Assembly: GCA_052390035.1 (NCBI GenBank)
Contig: JBQTHI010000044.1
Coordinates: 6,797-70,796 of the forward strand
DNA from: Actinomycetota bacterium
GTDB lineage: Bacteria; Actinomycetota; Acidimicrobiia; Spongiisociales; ZC4RG35
Direction of reading: 5' to 3'
DNA: 64,000 nucleotides
Shown here piece after piece: positions 39,598 to 46,948 of this stretch. Under the pieces are notes generated by a model that was not told the origin of the DNA, did not search any database, and saw nothing but the letters and a program-made list of their open reading frames with translations. The translations under genes were made by a program, and so were the position numbers. Each line of letters opens with the position of its first letter. The stretch's first letter is position 1.

Positions 39598-40650
39598 GTG
39601 GCCGCCGACGATCCGCAGATCTTTGCTGCCATCTCTGACTGGACCGATCGGGGGGTGGCCTTTGCCCTGGCTACGGTGATCGGGGTGCGCGGCTCCACGT
39701 ACCGAGGCCTGGCCGCTCGCCAGCTGATGGCAGCCGACGGCACCTCGGTAGGTACCGTTTCGGGTGGCTGCCTTGATCAGGATCTGACCCTCGTTGTTGG
39801 GAAGGTGTTGGCGACCGGCCAGCCGACCAAGATCGAGTTCGACCTCACCGCCGACGACGAAGCAGTGTGGGGGTGGGGCATCGGTTGCAACGGCGCCACC
39901 GAACTGCTGGTCGAACCGGCCGACGGTGCCCGTCGGCTCGTCGAGGCCGTGGAGTCTCATCCCGCCGCCGTCCTCCACGTCTTAAGCGGGGAACACCTTG
40001 GTGAACATTGGTCGCTACCGGCCGCCGATCCCGCCTGGGGTGAGCTGGTGGCGGCGGCCCACGCCGACGGACGGAACCGACGGGTCACCATCGACGAGGT
40101 CGACTACCTCCTAGAGATCGTCGCCCGCAAGCCCCGACTGGTCGTCTGCGGCGCTGGTCATGACGCCGTGCCGCTGGTGAGCCTCGGCTCCGAGCTTGGA
40201 TTCGAGGTGACGGTGGTCGACGACCGTCGCGCCTTCCTGACGCGGGAGCGATTTCCACACGCCGCCGCGCTGGTCCATTGCGCTCCCTCCGAGCTGGCCG
40301 CCCACGTCCCCATCGACCCGGCTACCTCGGTGGTGGTCATGTCCCACAACTATGTGCGGGATGTCGACTTCATCGGTTCGCTGCTTGGACGGCGGGCGGG
40401 ATACATAGGCTGCCTGGGCCCTGGAGAGAGACTCGAGCGGATATTGAAGGACCTCGAAGCATCGGCTCGGGTGATATCCCCCGAAGATCGCCAACACCTC
40501 CATGGTCCCGCCGGGCTCGACCTCGGCGCCGACGGCCCGGTGGAGATCGCCTGGTCGGTGCTCTCCGAGATCCTCGCGGTTCGCCGGCACAGGCAAGGCG
40601 GTTTTCTGGTCGACAAGAAAGGGCCTGCCGGCCTGAGGCGGATACCGTAA
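39598..40650 (+). CDS. xdhC: XdhC/CoxI family molybdoenzyme maturation factor
   Basis: The architecture is XdhC N-terminal domain plus Rossmann domain (LVVCGAGHDAVPL). Confidence 0.7.
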   Translation: MAADDPQIFAAISDWTDRGVAFALATVIGVRGSTYRGLAARQLMAADGTSVGTVSGGCLDQDLTLVVGKVLATGQPTKIEFDLTADDEAVWGWGIGCNGATELLVEPADGARRLVEAVESHPAAVLHVLSGEHLGEHWSLPAADPAWGELVAAAHADGRNRRVTIDEVDYLLEIVARKPRLVVCGAGHDAVPLVSLGSELGFEVTVVDDRRAFLTRERFPHAAALVHCAPSELAAHVPIDPATSVVVMSHNYVRDVDFIGSLLGRRAGYIGCLGPGERLERILKDLEASARVISPEDRQHLHGPAGLDLGADGPVEIAWSVLSEILAVRRHRQGGFLVDKKGPAGLRRIP

Positions 40651-40664
40651 CCAGAGGAGGCACG

Positions 40665-41216
40665 GTGGAAATTTCAGAGGAGTTCGAGGTGGCTCGGACC
40701 GTCGCGGCGGTATGGGACATCTTTCAGGACGTACCGGCGGTCGCTCAATGCCTCCCCGGTGCAACCCTCACCGAGGACAAAGGTGGCAATGTCTACGCCG
40801 GCAATGTTTCGGTCAAACTCGGGCCGATAGCCACCACCTTCGAAGGAGAGGCGGTCATCACGCCCGATGAGGCCAGCCGCCGGGCTTTGATAGATGGCAA
40901 GGGGGTTGATCGGCGCGGCGGTAGCCGAGGGCAGGTGAAGGTCACCTATGTGTTGACCCCCACCGACGGCGGAGGGACGAAGGTGGCGATCCGCGCGGAC
41001 GTCACCATCGCCGGGCCGGCGGCACAGTTCGGACGCACCGGTCTCATACAGGAGATGAGCCGGCGGCTAATCGCCGACTTTGTGAGCTGTCTGGAGGCCA
41101 AACTGGCGGCACCGACTGAGGACGCGGCCGCGGCCATCAAAGCCGAACTCAGGCCTCTGCGGCTCTTTTGGGCAAGTCTGCTGGCCTGGTTGAAGAGGCT
41201 CTTCGCCCGCAGATGA
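40665..41216 (+). CDS. coxG: CoxG-like SRPBCC protein (carbon monoxide dehydrogenase subunit G family)
   Basis: GTG 40665 follows a GGAGG RBS. The fold is SRPBCC/CoxG. The stop overlaps the next start (ATGA). Confidence 0.65.
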   Translation: MEISEEFEVARTVAAVWDIFQDVPAVAQCLPGATLTEDKGGNVYAGNVSVKLGPIATTFEGEAVITPDEASRRALIDGKGVDRRGGSRGQVKVTYVLTPTDGGGTKVAIRADVTIAGPAAQFGRTGLIQEMSRRLIADFVSCLEAKLAAPTEDAAAAIKAELRPLRLFWASLLAWLKRLFARR

Positions 41217-43186
41217 GGTCGCTCTTCGGCTGGCTGAGCGGCCATTGGCCGCCCCGCAGTTCGGTGTTGACTCTGCTCTTGTTGATGGCGGCCTGCGCCG
41301 GCGTGGGTGAACCGCCGCCCGAGTCGGCGGGCAATCGAACGGTCGTCGAGATGTTCGACAACACGTTCTCCTCATCAGAGATCCATATAAAGGTTGGGTC
41401 CGAACTGAGCTTCGTGGGTGCCGGGCGCAACCCACACAACGCGGTGGCGTCAGACGGCTCGTGGACGACCGAGTCGGTGTTTGGCTCCCTTGAGCAGCTG
41501 GCCGGGGAGGAGGCGGTCCTTTCCTTTGAGCGCCCTGGCGAATACGTGTTCTTTTGCACCTTTCATGGGACGGCCGAAGGGGTCGGGATGGCGGCCCGGC
41601 TGGTGGTCGGAGATGCCGGCGCTTCGCCCGCCGCCCAAGGGGTGTCTGATACCAAGGCTCCCGCCCAATGGTCGGGCAACACGCTTCGGGTGCCGGAAGA
41701 CCAGCCGACGATCCAGCAAGCCGTTGACATGGCACTACCAGGCGACCTGGTCCTCATCGGGGCCGGGCTATATCAAGAGGCGATCGAAGTGAACACGCCC
41801 GGTCTGGTCATCCGGGGAGTCGACCGCAATCGGGTAGTGATCGACGCCGGTAATCGAGCCGAGAACGTGATCGATGTCTACAGCGACGGAGTAGCCGTTG
41901 AGAACCTCACCGTCAAAAACGGCATCGCCAACGGCGTCTACTGGGGAGCGGTGAGAGGATACCGGGCTTCGTATGTCACCGCCATCGACAACGGCGACTA
42001 CGGAATTTACGCGTTCGACTCGTCGGATGGGCTCTTCGAATATTCCTACGCCTCGGGTTCACCCGACTCGGGTTTCTATATCGGCCAGTGCGATCCTTGC
42101 CAAGCGGTGATTGATCACGTCGTCTCCGAATGGAATGGGTTGGGCTACTCGGGCACCAATGCCTCCGGTGAGCTTTACATCATCAACAGCGTCTGGCGCT
42201 ACAACGCCGCCGGCATCGTCCCCAACACCCTCGACTCCGAGCTCCTCCCCCCGTTTCACGACGTCACCATCGCCGGGAATGTCATCCACGACAACAGCAA
42301 CCGGAAGGCTCCCGTCAAGTCTGCTCCGTGGTCGGGTTTGGGCAACGGGATCATTCTCGCCGGAGGAAACAGCTCGACCGTGATTCGCAATCTGGTCTTC
42401 AACCATGAGGTCAACGGGATCGCCGTCACTCCCAACCTCGATCGCAACTTCTGGCGGAGCGCCCACAACCGGATCGAAGGCAACGTCGTCGAGGGTTCGG
42501 GCCGCGCCGACCTGGCCCTCGCCGGGCCGGCCGGGCCAGGCAACTGCTTCACCGGGAATCGGGCGACATCTTCCTTCCCGGTAGGTCTTCAGGCTTTCGC
42601 CACCTGCGACGGGGTGCGGCTGCCCGTCCTCTATGAACTGGCCGGGTCGACCGAACAGCTTGGCCGCGTCATGGAGAACGGTCTCGGGCTTCGACCGGAT
42701 AATCCGGTTGGATCCGCCCCCAAGCCCGGACCTCAGGAGAACATGCCGGGCGGGGCCGATGCGCCGGTGAACCCGGCAGTAGACGTTTTCGAAAGCCATC
42801 CGGTAGATCTGGGGGGGATTGTGGTCCCGGAGATGCCCGAAAGACTCACCATCGACCAACCGAAAGGAATCACGGTGTTCGGGATGTTGCTTGGCTCGGT
42901 GACGTCGGTGTTCTTCGGCCTCTATGCCTACTTCTTGCCGTTTGTCCTCTGTGCGGCGTGGGTCACCATCGCCCTCTGGGACCTAGCAAGAAGTGGCCGC
43001 CGGCCAGCCGCCGCCATCGCATGGTCGGCGGCGATCCTTCTGATCCCCTTCGTCGGGGTGATCCTCTATTACATCCTGGGCCGCTCCGCCATCCCTCGAT
43101 GGCAGCGGACGGTGCTGCTCGCCGGCGGTATCGGGGCGTACTTGGTGATCCTCGCCGTTGGAGCTCTCATCGGTGGCGTCGTCTAG
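41213..43186 (+). CDS. lipoprotein with N-terminal cupredoxin domain, NosD-like right-handed parallel beta-helix (CASH) repeats and C-terminal double-TM anchor
   Basis: The lipobox is LLMAAC. Type-1 Cu ligand spacing is H...C-x2-H-x7-M (NPHNAV...FFCTFHGTAEGVGM). Repeated NGI/NxV beta-helix units resemble NosD. Two C-terminal TM helices are present. Confidence 0.65.
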   Translation: MRSLFGWLSGHWPPRSSVLTLLLLMAACAGVGEPPPESAGNRTVVEMFDNTFSSSEIHIKVGSELSFVGAGRNPHNAVASDGSWTTESVFGSLEQLAGEEAVLSFERPGEYVFFCTFHGTAEGVGMAARLVVGDAGASPAAQGVSDTKAPAQWSGNTLRVPEDQPTIQQAVDMALPGDLVLIGAGLYQEAIEVNTPGLVIRGVDRNRVVIDAGNRAENVIDVYSDGVAVENLTVKNGIANGVYWGAVRGYRASYVTAIDNGDYGIYAFDSSDGLFEYSYASGSPDSGFYIGQCDPCQAVIDHVVSEWNGLGYSGTNASGELYIINSVWRYNAAGIVPNTLDSELLPPFHDVTIAGNVIHDNSNRKAPVKSAPWSGLGNGIILAGGNSSTVIRNLVFNHEVNGIAVTPNLDRNFWRSAHNRIEGNVVEGSGRADLALAGPAGPGNCFTGNRATSSFPVGLQAFATCDGVRLPVLYELAGSTEQLGRVMENGLGLRPDNPVGSAPKPGPQENMPGGADAPVNPAVDVFESHPVDLGGIVVPEMPERLTIDQPKGITVFGMLLGSVTSVFFGLYAYFLPFVLCAAWVTIALWDLARSGRRPAAAIAWSAAILLIPFVGVILYYILGRSAIPRWQRTVLLAGGIGAYLVILAVGALIGGVV

Positions 43187-43210
43187 GGATAGGATTCGCC
43201 ACGGAGGTAG

Positions 43211-44425
43211 GTGTTGGCGAAGACCCAAATCAAGGCCCAGGCGAAGCTGGCAATAGAACCGGCGGAAGCCTTTCGCATGTTCACGAACTCGACCGCGGTG
43301 AGGGAGTGGCTGGCTGATGCCGCCATAATCGCCCCCAAACCGGGGGGGAGGGTGTTTCTCGGCTGGAACGACGGTTATCAGACGGCCGGGAACTTCAACC
43401 GATGGAATCCCCCGACGGCGCTCGGTTTCAGCTGGCGTGGGCCGGATGAGAAGCAGACCATCGTCAAAGTTGGCTTCGAAGCTGCCCCCGATGGCGGCAC
43501 TCTGGTTCGGGTCCGTCACACTGGCTTCGCCACCGGCAAGAGAGGAAGGTCGACCCGGCGGGCGCTGCAGTCGGCGTGGGAACGATCGCTCGAGAACCTG
43601 GCGTCCGTCGTGGGGAGCGGAGAAGATCTCCGGTTTACTCGCCGGCCGATGCTCGGGGTATTCGTCGATGACGTCGTGCGGGGAGACGGTGGCCGATCCA
43701 TTGGAGTCCGCCTGGGTGGGGTGGTCGAGGGAATGGGTGCAGCCGGTGCCGGTCTTCGCGGGGGCGATGTTGTCACCGCTCTGGGCGGAACGAAGATCGG
43801 TTCGTTCTCCGATCTGACGGCGGCCCTCACCCCTCATCGGGCCGGTGACACGGTCGAGGTGGCCTTGCTCCGCGACGGTCAGGACCAGCGGGTCGCCATG
43901 ACGCTTTCGGGTCGTCCAATTGGCGATCTCAAGACAACCGCTTCCGACTTGACTGCCCAGGTGGCGGATATGTCTCGACATTTCGGCGACTCCCTCGATG
44001 AAGTGCTGGCGGGGGTCACCAACGAAGAAGCCGAGTTTCGGCCCGGTGCGGGGGAGTGGTCGGTCAAAGAGGTGATGGCTCATCTGATCGACGGCGAGGG
44101 AGATCAGCACTCCTACCTGGCTGAGGCCTTCGAAGGTGGCGAGCGATATCACGACCTGGTTCTCGGCAACTCGCACTGGCGGACGGCGGTCACCGCGGCG
44201 TCTTACCCGGACCCGGCGACGATGCTGGCAAGCTACCGACGGTTGATGGCGCAGACCGTTGAGCTGCTGCGGGCAATGCCGGAGGATCTGGAGCACCGGC
44301 GAGGGACCTTTTGGCGCTTCGCCTTCGGCTTCGCCGACGGCGAATCGCATCACAACCAGCATGTCGATCAGATTCGAGCCGCGCTCGAGGCCGCCCGCAG
44401 GGGATCTAACCCTGAACAGGGGTAG
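43211..44425 (+). CDS. three-domain fusion: SRPBCC (AHSA1-like) - PDZ - DinB/YfiT-like
   Basis: The N-terminus is an Aha1-like SRPBCC fold. The mid-section is PDZ-like (GVRLGGVVEGMGAAGAGLRGGDVVTALGG). The C-terminal DinB_2-like His motifs are HLIDGE...HHNQH. Confidence 0.55.
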   Translation: MLAKTQIKAQAKLAIEPAEAFRMFTNSTAVREWLADAAIIAPKPGGRVFLGWNDGYQTAGNFNRWNPPTALGFSWRGPDEKQTIVKVGFEAAPDGGTLVRVRHTGFATGKRGRSTRRALQSAWERSLENLASVVGSGEDLRFTRRPMLGVFVDDVVRGDGGRSIGVRLGGVVEGMGAAGAGLRGGDVVTALGGTKIGSFSDLTAALTPHRAGDTVEVALLRDGQDQRVAMTLSGRPIGDLKTTASDLTAQVADMSRHFGDSLDEVLAGVTNEEAEFRPGAGEWSVKEVMAHLIDGEGDQHSYLAEAFEGGERYHDLVLGNSHWRTAVTAASYPDPATMLASYRRLMAQTVELLRAMPEDLEHRRGTFWRFAFGFADGESHHNQHVDQIRAALEAARRGSNPEQG

Positions 44426-45209
44426 TGGGGCGAGGATCCGGGAGGGGGGCCGGTTTGCGCCTCATCGCCGGATGAGGCAGCGGTCTGGGTCGCTCGAGCT
44501 GGGTGACGAGGAGCTTGTACACTTTTGGCCCGATCATCTCGGTCAGCTCCTCTCGCAGCGCCCGGTAAACCGGCTCACCCCCGACAAAGGCGAGCGGGCT
44601 GTCGGTGCACCACCAGGAGAACTCGTCGCCACCATCCCCCCAGTCGCGGCGTTTCCATTCGCGGACGGTGGCCGTCGTATGACCGGCGCCGTCGCTCTCC
44701 TCCTCGAGGCGTAGCGGCAGCTGCCAGCAAACGTTGGGTTTCCAATCCAGGGGTCGCTCACCAGCCTGGAGGGCACCGAGGTGGAGAGCGCAGCCGGCTC
44801 CGGCGGCAAAACCCGGCCGGTTGAGGAATATGCAAGCGTCGTCGACCAGGCGGCTCGTCGTTTCTTCTCCTCGCTTGCGCCACACCCGCTCACCGGCCTT
44901 TTTGCGGAACTGCCAGTTGGTGTCGTCCAGACGTTGTGCATGTGCTTCAACCCGGGCAACATCTTGCTCGTCGGTGAACCATGCCCCCATCGAACAGCAG
45001 CCCTGCTGGAGCTCGGGTGTCGGCGTTGTGTAGATCCCCAGACACCCCCGGCCGAATATGCACATCCAAGATGAACGGAGGAATGTGGCGTCGAACATCC
45101 ATGTTTTGTTCCGATCGGGATCACTGAATGAGATGAAGTCATGAACGTCGGCGGGGGACCGCATGCGAGGAAGATCGTAGGCCCGACGCGCCACGCAACT
45201 GGTGGCCAA
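44406..45209 (-). CDS. hypothetical Cys-rich protein
   Basis: 267 aa with 9 Cys in short-spaced groups (CIFGRGC, GCCSMG, DDACIF, GCALH), which suggests a metal or Fe-S site. It lies immediately downstream of the HD-GYP gene on the same strand. Confidence 0.4.
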   Translation of the reverse strand: MATSCVARRAYDLPRMRSPADVHDFISFSDPDRNKTWMFDATFLRSSWMCIFGRGCLGIYTTPTPELQQGCCSMGAWFTDEQDVARVEAHAQRLDDTNWQFRKKAGERVWRKRGEETTSRLVDDACIFLNRPGFAAGAGCALHLGALQAGERPLDWKPNVCWQLPLRLEEESDGAGHTTATVREWKRRDWGDGGDEFSWWCTDSPLAFVGGEPVYRALREELTEMIGPKVYKLLVTQLERPRPLPHPAMRRKPAPLPDPRPTTPVQG

Positions 45210-45220
45210 TGAGCATGGGC

Positions 45221-46870
45221 CTAGTTGACGGTGACCGACACCACCGCCGTGTCACATGCCCCGTCGACGTCACAAACCTGATATGTGAAATTGACCATTC
45301 CGGAGAAGTTGGGAGGGGCGGAATAACGGATTCGGCCGTTACCGAAGACGACCGCCGATCCGACCGAGGGGGCATCCACAATTGACAGCGAGCTAGCGAC
45401 GATTGGCCCCGAGTCGTTTGCCAATACGCCGATGTTGACCTTCTCGTTCGGTCGGGTGAAGGCTGAGTCGTCCAAGGCCGCCAGTGTGCCGGGGATGGTG
45501 GTGGTCGTGGTGGTGGTGGTGGTGGGCAGGGTCGTGGTGGTGGTGGTGGTGGTCGTTGAGGTGAGGGGTCCGCTGGTGGTCGTGGTGGGCCCCGCCGGGA
45601 GCGTCGTGCTTGCGCTGGTAGTGGTGGATGAGGTCGGCGTTGGCGTCGCCGGTCCCGAGCCGGTCGGTACTTCCGAGAGCCCCGTTCCTCCCGGCCTCCC
45701 GCCCGCACTCGCCGTGGGTTGTCCCTCGGCGAGTTGTTCGATTCGGGCGCGGACCGGTTGGTGGACGAGGTCAATTGCCGGGAGGAGGTTGGCGGAGCCG
45801 GCGGTGGCGGTGATGAGGCCGGCGGCGATCACCGTCGCCACATCGCGACCGAGGACCTCCAATGGACGGAGCAGAGGAAGATCGGCGAGGGCGGCCAGCG
45901 GTCCGGTCGACCACCGCAACCGCCCGAGGGCGATGTTCATGAGGGCGCGGACGACTCGTGGGTCGAATTGTGCGCCGGCGTGGCGGGCCACTTCGGCGCG
46001 AGCATCGGCGTGACTCATCTTGGTTTTGTACGAACGGCCGGTGACCATCACGTCATAGGCATCGGCCACCGCAACGATGCGGGCTCCAAGGGCAATGTCT
46101 TCGCCGGCAAGGCCGTGGGGGTAGCCGGAGCCGTCCCACCTTTCGTGGTGATGTTCGATGGTGGTCGCCCACGGTCCGAGCCAGCCCACGATCGGAGCGA
46201 TGAGGCGCATCCCCTCGAGGGGATGGCGATGAATCTGCTTCCACTCCTCGGCGTCGAGGGAGGATGGCTTGTTGAGGATCTCGGCCGGCACCTCCAGCTT
46301 GCCGATGTCGTGAAGTAAAGCTGCCCAGCGCAGTCGATCGCGAGCCTCGTCTCCGAGTCTCATCTCCTCCGCCAGCAGATCGGTGTAGGCGCGGGTTCTC
46401 TCCGAGTGTCCCCGGGTCCGACGGTCGTGCTGGGAGAGGGAGGCGGCGAGAGTGAGGATCAGCTCGGCGGCTTCGGCGATGTCCTGCTTACCAGCGGCGG
46501 TGGCCGCCTCCAGTCGAGCCCGAAGCTGGTTGACGCCGCCGGCGCGATGGGCGACACGGTAGCGGGGGGGAGCCTTGTCGGGAAACGCCAAGGTCAGCTT
46601 CAAAAGGGCGGACAGCGGTATGAGGCGCCTGGTGAACGTTTCGGTGATGTGGGCGGCGAGGCCGGCCGTGGCGATGACCACCGTCCACCACAGCACGATG
46701 GCCATCGGCTCCTGGGGCGATTCCATGAGGCTCGCCGCGACACCACCGGCGAAATACCCGGCGACGATCGGGATGGCAAACGCCGCCAGCCGCACCACCG
46801 TGGCGATTCCCCGACGAGAGCGCCATTGGTGGGCGGATCGCTCCTTTGACCGCGGCCTACGACCCTTCAC
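45221..46870 (-). CDS. membrane HD-GYP phosphodiesterase with C-terminal Thr/Pro-rich linker and Ig-like (VCBS/cadherin-like) domain
   Basis: The start is GTG. Two N-terminal TM helices precede the HD (HDIGK) and GYP (HHERWDGSGYPHGL) motifs. A third hydrophobic helix follows, then a poly-Thr linker and the C-terminal NFTYQVCDVDGACDTAVVSVTV motif. Confidence 0.7.
   Translation of the reverse strand: MKGRRPRSKERSAHQWRSRRGIATVVRLAAFAIPIVAGYFAGGVAASLMESPQEPMAIVLWWTVVIATAGLAAHITETFTRRLIPLSALLKLTLAFPDKAPPRYRVAHRAGGVNQLRARLEAATAAGKQDIAEAAELILTLAASLSQHDRRTRGHSERTRAYTDLLAEEMRLGDEARDRLRWAALLHDIGKLEVPAEILNKPSSLDAEEWKQIHRHPLEGMRLIAPIVGWLGPWATTIEHHHERWDGSGYPHGLAGEDIALGARIVAVADAYDVMVTGRSYKTKMSHADARAEVARHAGAQFDPRVVRALMNIALGRLRWSTGPLAALADLPLLRPLEVLGRDVATVIAAGLITATAGSANLLPAIDLVHQPVRARIEQLAEGQPTASAGGRPGGTGLSEVPTGSGPATPTPTSSTTTSASTTLPAGPTTTTSGPLTSTTTTTTTTTLPTTTTTTTTTIPGTLAALDDSAFTRPNEKVNIGVLANDSGPIVASSLSIVDAPSVGSAVVFGNGRIRYSAPPNFSGMVNFTYQVCDVDGACDTAVVSVTVN
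45495..45640. repeat. (GGT/ACC)n-rich trinucleotide repeat tract encoding the poly-Thr linker
   Basis: The plus strand reads ggtggtggtcgtggtggtggtggtgg... Confidence 0.7.
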
Positions 46871-46896
46871 CTCAGGGGAGTTATCGGGCGTTTGCT

Positions 46897-46916
46897 GGTA
46901 GCTGTTGAGCGCTACC
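46897..46916 (-). terminator. hairpin downstream of aceE
   Basis: GGTAGC-tgttgagc-GCTACC lies about 30 nt past the aceE stop. There is no U-tract. Confidence 0.25.
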
Positions 46917-46948
46917 CCGTCGGCCAGTCGAGTCGTCAGGCCGAGTCG

